From: an uncultured virus (IMG/VR IMGVR_UViG_3300033993_000240)
Taxonomy: Duplodnaviria; Heunggongvirae; Uroviricota; Caudoviricetes
Length of the DNA: 64,000 nt
Virus record (IMG/VR): IMGVR_UViG_3300033993_000240
Reading direction: 5' to 3' (one strand)
Shown: one piece after another, positions 45,622-56,568 of the stretch
Layout of the letters: each line of letters begins with the position of its first letter
Position numbering within the stretch: the first letter of the stretch is position 1
Position numbers and translations under genes: made by a program
Notes under the pieces: model-generated
Told to the model about the DNA's origin: nothing
Databases searched by the model: none
What the model saw: the letters and a program-made list of their open reading frames with translations, nothing else

Positions 45622-46077
45622 ATGCCACAAATCAACCAACTCTCAAGCATCAGCCAAGTCTCTGGTGCAAACCAGATTCCGGTCTACGACCAGAACAATG
45701 GCGATGCTCGGAAAATGTCGGTCAGCGCATTGCTGCAATACTTCCAAGCTACATTCGCGGCCCCGACCGTGGCCACCAATCTGTACGTTCCAGGCACTGG
45801 CTTCAATGTGACAGTGCCAACACCAGTCAGCGAACAGCAATGGATGATCTTGCAACCTGCTGGCACACTGGCCACAGGCACGATCACCCTGCCACTGAAC
45901 ACTGGCGTGCCTGATGGCACTCAAGTGCTGGTGACAAGCACCCAGATCATCACAGCCTTCACGCTGGCGCTCAATGGCGCGTCTAATGCATTTGGTGCAC
46001 CAACCACACTGGCAGCCAATGCATTCTTCACTATGCGTTTCTATCAAGCCACAAATTCGTGGTATCGCATCGCTTAA
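45622..46077 (+). CDS. Structural protein (151 aa), short form
   Basis: Matches the N-terminal half of 11852..12835. Confidence 0.7.
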   Translation: MPQINQLSSISQVSGANQIPVYDQNNGDARKMSVSALLQYFQATFAAPTVATNLYVPGTGFNVTVPTPVSEQQWMILQPAGTLATGTITLPLNTGVPDGTQVLVTSTQIITAFTLALNGASNAFGAPTTLAANAFFTMRFYQATNSWYRIA

Positions 46078-46095
46078 TTTTTAGGAGATTTCATC

Positions 46096-47289
46096 ATGTT
46101 TATTCAACCAAGTCTGACCCAAAACCAAGTCGATGTGATTCTGCCTGTTGGCGAGTACATCAGCATCGGCAACACCGGCAACGAGGCCACCACAGTTCTG
46201 TTGCAATCTGTTGCACCAAGCGCACAATATTGGAACTACAGCACCATTGGCACGCTGTTCAACACTGCCCAGACCTTCGGCCCTTACACCGAAGAGCGCA
46301 CAATCCGCATTGACAATCGCAATGCCACTGTCGAGTACAGCATTGGCGCACAGCCTCAACTGCGCAGCTTCCCTCAATTGGTGATTGAGAATAAAGGCCC
46401 AATTGGATTGGTTGAGCCTGCTGGCACATTCGTGACTCTGACATACGATAACAACGCAGGAAAAGTTCGTTTGAACAGCGCTGGCGCTCATGGCCTGACA
46501 GCAGCCGTGGCAGTTGGTGAAAATGTTTATGTGACATGGAGTGGCGGCACAGGCGTGACTGGTTTGTACCCAGTCACAGCATTGGACACTGACACCACCG
46601 GCACAGCAGTCACAATCGATCTGGCTTACAAAAGTGCCACTGCCACGATCACCATCGCAGCACCTGGCGTGGTGACATGGACAGATCATGGATTGTCTGC
46701 CAACAGCACGATTCGCTTCTCGACCACTGGCGCATTGCCAACTGGCTTGGCCATCAACACGACCTATTACGTCAAAACTGTGTTGTCACCAAACACATTC
46801 ACTGTGTCAGCATCCGCAGGCGGTGCAGCCATCACCACAAGTGGCACGCAAAGTGGCGTGCAGACTGCCTTGGTCTGGTACGGCACCGCAGTGGTCGCTG
46901 TGGCCAACACAGCAGTCACTCTGTCCTCTGTCACTGTGCCAGGCTGGTCGGTCGGAACTGGTGGACAGATCGAGATCAATGCACTTTTCAGCTTAACCAA
47001 CAGTGCCAACGCCAAAAACCTTGGAATGACATTTGGTGGTAGTGCAGTCTTTACATTGGCCTCAGCCAACGTTGCAAGCGTATCGGTTCAAAAAGAGATT
47101 GTTAATCGTGGTGGCTCGCAAATTGTCTCAAGTGCAGTTGGCGCAACTGGCCACGGAGCATCAACAGGTACTGTCTTGACACTAAGTGTTAATACCAATG
47201 TCGATCAGACATTTGCAATCACTGCTCAACCAACAACTGCAAATGAGCTGGTTCAATTGGAATACTACAGTTTGCAAGCTATCTTCTGA
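46096..47289 (+). CDS. Thr/Gly-rich beta-sandwich structural protein (397 aa), unit B only
   Basis: Two AHGL/DHGL modules, ITIAAPGVVT...LPTGL...YYV; RBS AGGAG. Confidence 0.65.
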   Translation: MFIQPSLTQNQVDVILPVGEYISIGNTGNEATTVLLQSVAPSAQYWNYSTIGTLFNTAQTFGPYTEERTIRIDNRNATVEYSIGAQPQLRSFPQLVIENKGPIGLVEPAGTFVTLTYDNNAGKVRLNSAGAHGLTAAVAVGENVYVTWSGGTGVTGLYPVTALDTDTTGTAVTIDLAYKSATATITIAAPGVVTWTDHGLSANSTIRFSTTGALPTGLAINTTYYVKTVLSPNTFTVSASAGGAAITTSGTQSGVQTALVWYGTAVVAVANTAVTLSSVTVPGWSVGTGGQIEINALFSLTNSANAKNLGMTFGGSAVFTLASANVASVSVQKEIVNRGGSQIVSSAVGATGHGASTGTVLTLSVNTNVDQTFAITAQPTTANELVQLEYYSLQAIF

Positions 47290-47291
47290 TC

Positions 47292-47576
47292 ATGGCAACC
47301 AAAGACTCAAGACTCGCTCGCGCTGGCGTGGAGGGCTACAACAAGCCAAAACGCACGCCATCGCACCCAACCAAAAGCCACGTTGTCGTGGCCAAGGCCG
47401 GTGACCAAGTGAAGACCATTCGCTTTGGTCAGCAAGGCGTGTCTGGGTCTCCAAAGAAGGAAGGCGAGTCGAAGGCATCCGAGGCTCGTAGAGAATCATT
47501 CAAAGCCAGACACGCTGAGAACATTGCCAAAGGCAAGATGAGCGCAGCGTATTGGGCTAATAAGGTCAAGTGGTAA
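47292..47576 (+). CDS. Small basic protein (94 aa)
   Basis: Ortholog of 12841..13125. Confidence 0.8.
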   Translation: MATKDSRLARAGVEGYNKPKRTPSHPTKSHVVVAKAGDQVKTIRFGQQGVSGSPKKEGESKASEARRESFKARHAENIAKGKMSAAYWANKVKW

Positions 47577-47579
47577 GCC

Positions 47580-48992
47580 ATGCAAATACCAATCCTCAAC
47601 GGCATCTACGCTGACAACACGCCAGAGCTGCGCACCAGTTATCCGGTCAACATGATGCCTGTGCCAAAGAAGTCTGGCATCAGCAATGGATTCCTGCGTC
47701 CAGGCGATGGCATTGTGGCTAATGGCACAGGTCCAGGCACTGACCGTGGCGGCATCAACTGGAATGGTATCTGCTACCGAGTCATGGGCACCAAACTGGT
47801 GTCGGTGGCTAGAGATGGTACTGTGACGACTCTTGGCGATGTTGGTGGACCAACCACTGATCTGGTGACGATGGATTACAGCTTCGACTTGCTGGGTATT
47901 GCATCAGGTGGCCGACTTTACTTCTGGGACCCAGTTGCATCCACACTCACGCAGAACACCGATCCAGACCTAGGTGTGGTGCTCGACTTCTGCTGGGTAG
48001 ATGGCTACTTCATGACGACTGATGGTGCCAATTTGGTCGTCACAGAGCTTTCTAATCCATTAGCAGTCAACCCGCTAAAGTACGGCAGCTCAGAAGTTGA
48101 TCCAGACCCTGTAGTGGCACTCATCAAGCTGCGCAACGAGGTTTATGCGCTCAACAGCAACACCATTGAGGTGTTCGACAACGTGGGTGGCGACTTGTTT
48201 CCATTCGCACGTATTGATGGCGCACAAGTCCAAAAAGGCGTACTTGGAACGCATGCATGTTGCATCTTCCTTGATCGCATTGCATTCTTGGGCGGTGGTC
48301 GAAACGAAGCTCCATCAATTTACATTGGTGCAGCAGCGACCACCCAAAAACTTAGCACCCAAGAGATTGACAACCTGTTGTTGCAATATACAGAAGCTCA
48401 ATTGGTGCGCGTCCAACTAGAAGCACGCAACGACAAGAACCATCTGCACCTTTATGTGCATCTGCCAGACCGCACCATTGTTTATGACGCATCAGCATCG
48501 GAGGCATTGGGCGAGGCGGTCTGGTTTACACTGGCCAGCACTGTGGTCGGCTTTGCGCAATATCGCGCACGCAACATGGTCTGGATTTACGACAAGTGGT
48601 TGGTTGGCGATCCTCAATCCAGCTCCATTGGCTACTTTGTGCAAAGCACTGGTGAGCATTGGGGCCAGCAAGTTCGCTGGGAATTTGGCACGCTGATCGT
48701 CTACAACGAAAGCAATGGCGCAATTTTCAATGAGATGGAGCTGGTCAGCTTAACAGGCAGCGTGGCCTTGGGAACAAACCCACAGATCAGCACCAGCTAC
48801 AGCGTGGATGGCAAGTCATGGAGTCAAGATCGCAGTATCACAGTTGGCACAATTGGAAACACCGTCAAGCGCCTGGCATGGTTTCAGCAAGGCCACATGC
48901 GCAACTGGAGAATCCAGCGTTTCCGTGGTGACAGCGATGCTCACGTGTCGTTCATCCGTCTTGAAGCCCAGATCGAGGCATTGGCATTCTGA
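47580..48992 (+). CDS. Tail hub (gp10-like)
   Basis: Ortholog of 13129..14541. Confidence 0.85.
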   Translation: MQIPILNGIYADNTPELRTSYPVNMMPVPKKSGISNGFLRPGDGIVANGTGPGTDRGGINWNGICYRVMGTKLVSVARDGTVTTLGDVGGPTTDLVTMDYSFDLLGIASGGRLYFWDPVASTLTQNTDPDLGVVLDFCWVDGYFMTTDGANLVVTELSNPLAVNPLKYGSSEVDPDPVVALIKLRNEVYALNSNTIEVFDNVGGDLFPFARIDGAQVQKGVLGTHACCIFLDRIAFLGGGRNEAPSIYIGAAATTQKLSTQEIDNLLLQYTEAQLVRVQLEARNDKNHLHLYVHLPDRTIVYDASASEALGEAVWFTLASTVVGFAQYRARNMVWIYDKWLVGDPQSSSIGYFVQSTGEHWGQQVRWEFGTLIVYNESNGAIFNEMELVSLTGSVALGTNPQISTSYSVDGKSWSQDRSITVGTIGNTVKRLAWFQQGHMRNWRIQRFRGDSDAHVSFIRLEAQIEALAF

Positions 48993-49414
48993 TGGCAACC
49001 TCACCTGTTTCCCGCAGATTGAACTTGACGCGAGATCAGCTCGCAACGTTTCTGACTGACCAGCAACAGATCAGGCAGTTTGAATTGCTGTTTGCTACTG
49101 TTGATGAAATTCAGGTTATCACAGGAACTGACTTTGAGTACCAGGCAGACACCGCAGCGGCAAACGCCAACAATGCACTAGCCCAGATTAGTGCGCTGGC
49201 GCAGGATACAGCAGTAGATGACGCTGTACTGAATGCCAAGATTCAGCAGGCTTTGGATGCTATTCCACGATTGGCCCAAGCATTGGACTTGCTTGCACTA
49301 GCACCTGTGCGCAACAATATCGAACTGGCACACGATGTGAATGGCATCCTGCCTTATGCAAACCAAACCGCCTCAGTGCGATCTAATCAGGTGCTCACAT
49401 GGCTTTCGATGTAA
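48992..49414 (+). CDS. Tail-associated protein, short form (140 aa)
   Basis: Ortholog of 14541..15566 lacking the internal domain. Confidence 0.7.
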   Translation: MATSPVSRRLNLTRDQLATFLTDQQQIRQFELLFATVDEIQVITGTDFEYQADTAAANANNALAQISALAQDTAVDDAVLNAKIQQALDAIPRLAQALDLLALAPVRNNIELAHDVNGILPYANQTASVRSNQVLTWLSM

Positions 49415-49734
49415 TTACACCCGCAAAACTTGGCCAAGCGGCCATCACCACAGGCGTGACAACGCTGTACACCGTACCGGCCAGCACACGCACGCTTCTT
49501 AAAGAGTTAAGCATTGCCAACACTACGGCAGCGGCCATCAATGTGCGCGTGTTCTTGGTGCCATCGGCAGGATCAGCAGGAACTGGCAACGCATTCCTAT
49601 ACGATGTGCCAGTACCAGGCAACAACACTCTGCAATATAACGGCATCGAGGTGCTGAACGCAGGCGACACAATCCAAATTCAGGCAGCATCGGCAGGCCT
49701 CACAATCATCGCCAGCGGTGGCGAAGCCACATAA
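49399..49734 (+). CDS. Small beta-rich structural protein
   Basis: Ortholog of 15551..15886. Confidence 0.7.
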   Translation: MAFDVITPAKLGQAAITTGVTTLYTVPASTRTLLKELSIANTTAAAINVRVFLVPSAGSAGTGNAFLYDVPVPGNNTLQYNGIEVLNAGDTIQIQAASAGLTIIASGGEAT

Positions 49735-49744
49735 GGAGAATGAA

Positions 49745-50080
49745 ATGACCGTATCAATCAAGGTTCTGATCCCACCAAAACAGGCCGAAAATGCCCAGAC
49801 CACGCAGTACACAGCAGTGAACTGCAAGGCGCTGATCGACAAGTTCACGGCCACCAATACCACGGCAGGCAATGTGACGATCAGCGTTAATCTGGTGACC
49901 AGTGGTGGCGCAGCTGGCGCATCCAACTTGATTGTGGACACTCGCAGCATTGCACCTGATGAGACCTACACATTCCCAGAGTTGGTTGGTCAGGCACTGG
50001 AATCAGGCAGTTTTATCAGCACCATTGCCAGCGCAGCTACATCACTGACCATCCGCGCATCTGGCCGCGAAATCACTTAA
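49745..50080 (+). CDS. Small beta-rich structural protein
   Basis: Ortholog of 15897..16232. Confidence 0.7.
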   Translation: MTVSIKVLIPPKQAENAQTTQYTAVNCKALIDKFTATNTTAGNVTISVNLVTSGGAAGASNLIVDTRSIAPDETYTFPELVGQALESGSFISTIASAATSLTIRASGREIT

Positions 50081-50090
50081 GGAGAACAGC

Positions 50091-50492
50091 ATGGACAAAT
50101 TTATGATGATGCCAAAGGGATTCATGGGCCTACCAATGGATGAAGAATTCATCACCACGGCAGAAAACAAGAAGAACACCCAGATCGTTATTGACGACTG
50201 GATGCTTGGCCCAGAGAACCCAAGCAACGAGCCAACGGCCAACAAGACCTACTGGATCGCTGTGGGCAAAGCCATGCAAGTGGACGAAAAAGAGTCTCGT
50301 CGTCGTCGCTGCTCGAACTGCGAGTACTACGACAACAGCACCATGACGCAGGCTAAGATGGAGCGCATTCCCCGCAATGATTGGGATACTGATGCTGGTT
50401 TCCGTGGTTACTGCACAAAATTCGAGTTCATTTGCCACGACCTGCGTGTCTGCCAGGCATGGGAAGAACGTGAATTTGAAATGGAAGATTGA
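50091..50492 (+). CDS. Cys-rich HiPIP-like protein
   Basis: Ortholog of 16247..16648. Confidence 0.7.
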   Translation: MDKFMMMPKGFMGLPMDEEFITTAENKKNTQIVIDDWMLGPENPSNEPTANKTYWIAVGKAMQVDEKESRRRRCSNCEYYDNSTMTQAKMERIPRNDWDTDAGFRGYCTKFEFICHDLRVCQAWEEREFEMED

Positions 50493-50570
50493 CCAAATGC
50501 TGAAATGTGGGAAAATAGAGCCGCTGAGTCTATCGGGCCACCAGCAGCTCACCCTTAACAGGAGTTGCAC

Positions 50571-51020
50571 ATGATTGGTATCGATTGGCTCAAGGAGAAC
50601 CTGCAAAGGGTTTTCATGTTGCCTGCGCCAGTCGTGGAATGGCTCGTCATGGTATACGATGCCATTCAGGTGTTTGACGATGTTGCCGATGGCGACACGG
50701 TTGATCGCAAAGACCTGAATGCGACCATCTGGAACACAATGGTGGGCATGCATCAAAACCAATTTTTTATTACAAACAGCCACCACCTTGTGCCATTGCT
50801 GGCAACAGCAATCATGAAGTGGCAAGCCTCCGACCAAGCAGAGCGTGCAGGTGAGGCCGATGCCAGATCATTCGTCTGGCGAGCAGGCTACTATGACCTG
50901 ATTTTGATGGCCATATCGCTTACGCATGGCCCAGGCTTTGCCACAAAAAATGCTCATCTGGTCATGGATTTATATGGCGAGAAATTTGAAGACTACATGA
51001 AGGAGTTCGGCAATGCCTGA
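50571..51020 (+). CDS. DDxxD all-alpha protein
   Basis: Ortholog of 16727..17176 (QVFDDVADGD). Confidence 0.7.
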   Translation: MIGIDWLKENLQRVFMLPAPVVEWLVMVYDAIQVFDDVADGDTVDRKDLNATIWNTMVGMHQNQFFITNSHHLVPLLATAIMKWQASDQAERAGEADARSFVWRAGYYDLILMAISLTHGPGFATKNAHLVMDLYGEKFEDYMKEFGNA

Positions 51021-51663
51021 TCCAGTCACAGCCTTAGTTGTTGGTGGAAGCCAACTCATTGGAAGTTCAATGCAAGCCAGCGCTGCTGGTGAAGCCGCAG
51101 GCATTCAAGCCGGTGCAGCCCAACAAGGCATTGAAGAACAGCGCAGGCAATTCGATGCTTTGCAAACATTACTCAAGCCTTATACCGAGGCAGGTCTGCC
51201 AGCACTTGAAGCACAGCAAGCATTCCTTGGTCTCAAAGGGCCAGAAGCAGAACGTGCGGCAATTGAGCGCATCACAGGTGGTGAGACATTCCAAGCGCTT
51301 GCCGGTCAAGGCGAGGAAGCATTGCTTCAGCGTGCATCGGCCACTGGTGGCCTGCGTGGTGGAAACATCCAAGGCGCACTGGCTCAGTTTAGACCAGCAT
51401 TGCTTTCCAGCCTCATTGAACAGCAATATGGCCGCTTAGGTGGTATGACACAGTTGGGTCAGCGATCTGCTGCTGGTGTTGGCGCTGCTGGCATGGAGTC
51501 AGGTGTCAATGTGGCCAATCTACTATCACAGCAAGGCGCAGCCAGAGCCGGTGGTGAACTTGGCGAGGCCAAAGCCTATGGCCAACTATTCAATTTGCCA
51601 GCTCAGTTCCTTGGTATGCAAATGGGCGCAGGCGGTAAGGCTGGCATGGGATTTGGGTTCTAA
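51013..51663 (+). CDS. DNA ejection protein (gp7-like), no S74 domain
   Basis: Ortholog of 17169..18083; ends GMGFGF. Confidence 0.75.
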   Translation: MPDPVTALVVGGSQLIGSSMQASAAGEAAGIQAGAAQQGIEEQRRQFDALQTLLKPYTEAGLPALEAQQAFLGLKGPEAERAAIERITGGETFQALAGQGEEALLQRASATGGLRGGNIQGALAQFRPALLSSLIEQQYGRLGGMTQLGQRSAAGVGAAGMESGVNVANLLSQQGAARAGGELGEAKAYGQLFNLPAQFLGMQMGAGGKAGMGFGF

Positions 51664-51674
51664 AGGATAACAAC

Positions 51675-53108
51675 ATGGCAATCATCAACCCATTCCAAGC
51701 ACCAATCAACTACGCAGTCGATGTGCAAAGCCCATTTGAGGCCGCACTTGGTGGATTCAAAATTGGCGCAGCTGGTGCAGAAGCACAGGCACAAGCACAA
51801 GCACGTGAGCAGGCAATGAAAGCGCAGACAGAACTGAAAACTTTGTTCAGTAACCCCAATGCAACAGCCTCAGACTATGCGCGTGTCACAGCTTTCTTGC
51901 CTAAAGATCAGGCAGAAAGCGTGAGAAAGTCGTTTGACATGATGTCAGCTTCTCAACAGCAAAACCGACTGCAACAGTCTGGACAAGTTTATGCGGCCAT
52001 GAAATCTGGCCAAACTGACATTGCAAAAAACCTGCTTAAAGAACAGGCAGACGCATTCCGCAATTCTGGCCGTGAGCAAGAAGCCAAAGCAACCGAGACC
52101 TATGTTCAACTGATTGACATGAATCCTACTGGTGCGCAGACAACCATTGGACTGATGATGGCCACACTGCCTGGTGGAAAAGAACTGCTTGAGAATGTCG
52201 ACAAGACATTATCAACAGGCAGAGAAGAAGCCAAAGCGCCAGCTGCACTGCTTGAGGCAAGAGCAAAGGCTGACAAAGCCGTAGCAGATGCCACCACAGC
52301 ACAGGCCACAGCCACCAATGCAGCAGAAAAAGCAGCAGCAGATGCAGCCAAAGCAACGGCAGACGCACAAAAAGCGCAGGTCGATGCCAAATTTGCAGAA
52401 CAAATCACACTTGCAGACCTTAAAAAGAAAGCTGCTGATCTTGGTTTAACAAATGCACAAACTGGTTCGGCATTGGCACAAACCAAAAAACTTGGTCTGG
52501 AAAGTCAAAAAGCCGCACTCGAACTGGAAGCACTCAAATCCACTGGTGGCCTTGACCCCACCAAAACATTTGAGCAGGAAGAAAAACTGCGCAAGGAATT
52601 CCAAGGTCGCACCAAGGTGTATGGCGAACTAGGCACCACATTCAACAACATCAAGTCTTCGGCAGAAGCAAAGAACGGCCCAGGCGACATTGCACTGATC
52701 ACTGGATTCATGAAAATGCTCGATCCAGGATCAGTGGTGCGTGAGACAGAATTTGCAACAGCACGCGATACCGCAGGCCTGTACGAAAGACTCCTCAACA
52801 CATCACAAAAACTGCAAAGCGGTCAGCTTTTTGCGCTTGATTCAAAACAGCGCCAAGAATATGTCAATCTGGCCAAGCAATATCTTGACTCAGCCCAGAA
52901 AAAAGCAGGCGAAGACAAGACTGCGCTTGGCGTGGTAGTCAAAAACTATCGACTCAACCCAGAAAACGTGTTTGGGCCTGAGACAGCGGCAGCGCCAACT
53001 GCACCAGCAGCAAACAGCGTCACAGTCGGTGGCCAGACTTACACTCGTCCTGCGAATTTCACTGATGCTCAGTGGAACGCATACAAGCAATCCGTGGGGG
53101 CAAGATGA
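51675..53108 (+). CDS. DNA ejection protein (gp20-position)
   Basis: Ortholog of 18094..19476 with a different C-terminus. Confidence 0.7.
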   Translation: MAIINPFQAPINYAVDVQSPFEAALGGFKIGAAGAEAQAQAQAREQAMKAQTELKTLFSNPNATASDYARVTAFLPKDQAESVRKSFDMMSASQQQNRLQQSGQVYAAMKSGQTDIAKNLLKEQADAFRNSGREQEAKATETYVQLIDMNPTGAQTTIGLMMATLPGGKELLENVDKTLSTGREEAKAPAALLEARAKADKAVADATTAQATATNAAEKAAADAAKATADAQKAQVDAKFAEQITLADLKKKAADLGLTNAQTGSALAQTKKLGLESQKAALELEALKSTGGLDPTKTFEQEEKLRKEFQGRTKVYGELGTTFNNIKSSAEAKNGPGDIALITGFMKMLDPGSVVRETEFATARDTAGLYERLLNTSQKLQSGQLFALDSKQRQEYVNLAKQYLDSAQKKAGEDKTALGVVVKNYRLNPENVFGPETAAAPTAPAANSVTVGGQTYTRPANFTDAQWNAYKQSVGAR

Positions 53109-55504
53109 GTCCAGAAGAATGGTTGGCATCACAGAGTAGTCAGGCTGCACCAGCAGCTCCTGCATCTGCACCTACGGCCACAGCACCAGCTGCGGCTCCA
53201 ATGTCACCTGAGCAGTGGGCGGCATCACAACCCAAAATGGGCTTCTTTGAAGGCCTAGTCGAACAGGTCACTGGCCGCGCACGCGCAACACCTGAAACTC
53301 AGGCATTGCCTGAATGGACAAGCATGCCAGAGCTGAATCAAATGAGCGTGGCATCGTTCAAGACAGCATTGGGCACACTCCTGAGCAACCCCAAGGAAAC
53401 GGTGCAGATTTTGCAAGCCAACTTCCCTGGTGTTCAGATTCGCCAAGATGCTAAGGGTAACTACCTGATGCGCTCGTCGGTTGATCAAAAAGAGTATGCC
53501 ATCCCGCCAGGCTTCACGATGGGTGACATTCCCCGCGCAGCTGGTGGTATTGCAGCCTTCACACCAGCAGGCCGAGCCATGACCATCCCTGGTGCGATCG
53601 TGGCTGGTGGCGCAACTCAAGCGGCCATCGAAGCAAGCCAAGCGGCAACTGGTGGAAAGTTCGACACTGGCGAGGTGGTCACAGCAGCAGTCACAGGCCC
53701 AGCAGGGCAGATTTTGCAGCGTGTGGCACCTCCGGTCGTCCAAGCGGTCAAAAAAGGCGTACAGCGAGTCACAGGCAAAGCACCAGCACCTGCGATAGCA
53801 CCAGGCGCACCTATGGGCACAGCAATGGCTCCAAAGGCACCTCCAGTCGCTACTGCACCTGAGATGCCACCAACTGCACCAGAAGCGCCTCCAGCAGCAA
53901 TGCCAGAAGTGACACCAACAGCCCCAGAGATTCCAGTCGCACCAACTGCGCCAGTAGTGACAGAAGTGGCCGAGGAAGAAGTCGGAAAGCTGGTCAAGCA
54001 GGCAGCAGGAACAGGCTTTGGTTCAGCTGGCGCACGAGACCGGCTGGCCGATCTTGCACAAGTCAATGTAACAGCCAAAGAAGCCGCAGATCGTCTTGGC
54101 ATCCAACTACCTGCTGATGTGTTCAGCGACAACCCACAAGTCCGAGCAGCCGCAGGCCTAACCAGATCAGCCGCAGGTAGCGAGGCCGAGGCTTTATGGC
54201 GCAACACCGTCACGCAAGCCGTGGACAAGGCCGACGATGTGATCAAACAATTTGATGCCACATTTGTTGAAGGCGCAGTCGCACCTGGCGTGGTATCGCA
54301 AAAGATTAAAGACTCACTGACTGCGACTCGTTCAGACCTCAATGCGCAGGCAAGCAAGGTCTACAACGCAGTCGATGAAGTGGTGCCAAAGACATCGGTG
54401 GTCGATCTGCCAAAGCTCAAACAAACCCTTGACATTGTCAAGGCCGAGGTTGGCGAAAAAGGAATGTCGGCAGCCGAGCGAAATCTGGCCAAAATGATCG
54501 AGGAAGGCAACATCACGTATGGTCGACTCAAGCGCGAGAAAACCCTTATTGGCAACGCCATCAACAAGATGGAGTCACCATACGGCAGCATGGCCGAGGC
54601 AGACCTCAAGCGCCTGTATGCGGCACTCGCTGACGACCAACTGACAAACGTGGGCAACATTGGTGGCGAGGAACTGCGCCAGCAACTGCGTGCGGCCAAC
54701 CTGTTGTACGCAAAAGAGCGTGCATTGGGCAATCGCATCGTGAATGCGTTTGGCCAAGATATCGAGGGCAGCGTGGCCAACAAGATGCGCACAGCCATCA
54801 CTGGTGCTGCCAAAGGTGATGCTGGCGAGTTCAATCGCCTGCTAAAAACCGTCCCAGAAGACCTGCGCAAAGAAACAATTGCTACCGCGCTGGCATCTGT
54901 CACGCGCTCGGCCAGAGGAGCTGAAAAAGGTGGCTTTGGATTTTCAGAGTTTGCCGACATTTATCCAAAACTGCGTGCAAACCCACCAGTTTACAAAACC
55001 ATCGTTGACACACTTGGAAAAGACTCAGCTGACGTATTGCGCGACTTGTACGAGGTTTCTAAGCGCGTCACAGAAGCCAGAGCCAATGTCCTGACCACAG
55101 GCAAAGCAAACCAAGCATTGCTGCAAGGCATGCAGGCCGAAAGCCTAATTGGTAAGGTTATGGAGAGCACGCTGGCCAAGGGCGCATTGACTGGTGCAGC
55201 TGCTGTGGGTGGTCCTATCGCAGCCGCAGCCACATCTGTGCTCACCGGAGCCATGACACAAGGCAACAAGGATTCACTCAAAGCAGCAGGAAAACTGTTC
55301 GCTGATGAGAACTTTCAGAAACTTGCCATCGAAGCTGCGACCAAAGGAACACCAAGCGCAGCTAGTATTCGTCGCACAGCCATGTCACAATCCTTCCAGA
55401 AATTTGCAGATGCAGCAAAACTGCCAAAAGCATTGGACGCAAGAATTCAATGGTTGCAGACAGCAACCCAAGCCGAGCGACAATTCGACCAGGAGAACCA
55501 ATAA
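53105..55504 (+). CDS. Large DNA ejection protein (gp16-position)
   Basis: Ortholog of 19478..21898; ATGA overlap; N-terminal MSPEEW/MSPEQW repeat. Confidence 0.7.
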   Translation: MSPEEWLASQSSQAAPAAPASAPTATAPAAAPMSPEQWAASQPKMGFFEGLVEQVTGRARATPETQALPEWTSMPELNQMSVASFKTALGTLLSNPKETVQILQANFPGVQIRQDAKGNYLMRSSVDQKEYAIPPGFTMGDIPRAAGGIAAFTPAGRAMTIPGAIVAGGATQAAIEASQAATGGKFDTGEVVTAAVTGPAGQILQRVAPPVVQAVKKGVQRVTGKAPAPAIAPGAPMGTAMAPKAPPVATAPEMPPTAPEAPPAAMPEVTPTAPEIPVAPTAPVVTEVAEEEVGKLVKQAAGTGFGSAGARDRLADLAQVNVTAKEAADRLGIQLPADVFSDNPQVRAAAGLTRSAAGSEAEALWRNTVTQAVDKADDVIKQFDATFVEGAVAPGVVSQKIKDSLTATRSDLNAQASKVYNAVDEVVPKTSVVDLPKLKQTLDIVKAEVGEKGMSAAERNLAKMIEEGNITYGRLKREKTLIGNAINKMESPYGSMAEADLKRLYAALADDQLTNVGNIGGEELRQQLRAANLLYAKERALGNRIVNAFGQDIEGSVANKMRTAITGAAKGDAGEFNRLLKTVPEDLRKETIATALASVTRSARGAEKGGFGFSEFADIYPKLRANPPVYKTIVDTLGKDSADVLRDLYEVSKRVTEARANVLTTGKANQALLQGMQAESLIGKVMESTLAKGALTGAAAVGGPIAAAATSVLTGAMTQGNKDSLKAAGKLFADENFQKLAIEAATKGTPSAASIRRTAMSQSFQKFADAAKLPKALDARIQWLQTATQAERQFDQENQ

Positions 55505-55990
55505 ATGTCCACGATTGAAGTTCAACCACCATACCCAGCATTTGCTGGCGCTGACGGTCAGCCGTTGGAGAATGGTTATATCTGGATTGGGACGGTTAAT
55601 CTGTCTCCACAGACAAATCCGATTAGCGTCTATTGGGATGCAGCCAATACCATTGCAGCACCTCAACCTATTCGCACATTGAATGGCTACCCATCACGCA
55701 ACGGTACACCTGCGCGCTTCTACGTTGCCAGCGACTACAGCATTCAAGTTCTGGATTCCAAAGGAAGCGTGGTATATACATCACTCAATGACAATTTGTC
55801 TGGTAATGGATTTGTAGCATCAAACGCGACTGGCAATGGTGTGCAGACGATATTTGCGGTCTCATCTGTGCCAAGTGCAATTTTCATCAATGGCGTGTAC
55901 CAGAACCAAAACACTTACACAGTGTCTGGCGGTAATGTGACATTCAGCCAAGCACCCCCATTCAATTCGGTGATTGAATTCTTGATTTAA
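55505..55990 (+). CDS. Stand-alone head-binding domain + small docking-like domain (161 aa)
   Basis: DGQPLENGYIWIG as in the unit A spike N-terminus; C-terminal GNGVQT.F...FINGVYQ...VTFS.AP. Confidence 0.7.
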   Translation: MSTIEVQPPYPAFAGADGQPLENGYIWIGTVNLSPQTNPISVYWDAANTIAAPQPIRTLNGYPSRNGTPARFYVASDYSIQVLDSKGSVVYTSLNDNLSGNGFVASNATGNGVQTIFAVSSVPSAIFINGVYQNQNTYTVSGGNVTFSQAPPFNSVIEFLI

Positions 55991-56000
55991 GGAGAACAGA

Positions 56001-56558
56001 ATGTTAAAGACCGTCACAAATTCCATCAACGCAAGCCAGATTCAAACGCCAATCACTTTGCCTGGTAATGTCACTCTATCAACTGGCAACTTAGTCATCG
56101 GCACATCTGGCAAAGGAATCGACTTTTCTGCCGATCCGTCAGCTCCAGGCATGACCAGCGAGTTGTTTGATGACTACGAAGAAGGTACGTTTACGCCAAC
56201 AATTGCGGGTCAAATCACCGCTGGAACTGGCACTTACACAACTCAAGTAGGCACATATACTAAGATTGGCCAAGTTGTTTATGTAAGTCTTAATTTAGCT
56301 TGGTCTGCTCACACTGGAGTAGGTGATATGCAAGTAAACGGATTGCCCTTTACTGTCAATTCATCAGTCCATTCACAAATGTCAAACGGCACTTATGATT
56401 TGTCCTTGACCGCCTTAAATATGCTTTTAACTAGAGCGCAAAAAAGTGGAACATTTATAAAATTGCTTCAATCACCAGTTGGCGGTGGTGCATGGAATGG
56501 CGTTCCAATGGACACAAGTGTTACTGTATTAGAAATCACAGGCTTTTACACAGTCTAA
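56001..56558 (+). CDS. Short tail fibre-like protein (185 aa)
   Basis: GKGIDFS, DDYEEGTFTP, G.YTKIG..V, GLPF. Confidence 0.7.
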   Translation: MLKTVTNSINASQIQTPITLPGNVTLSTGNLVIGTSGKGIDFSADPSAPGMTSELFDDYEEGTFTPTIAGQITAGTGTYTTQVGTYTKIGQVVYVSLNLAWSAHTGVGDMQVNGLPFTVNSSVHSQMSNGTYDLSLTALNMLLTRAQKSGTFIKLLQSPVGGGAWNGVPMDTSVTVLEITGFYTV

Positions 56559-56568
56559 AGGACAAATC

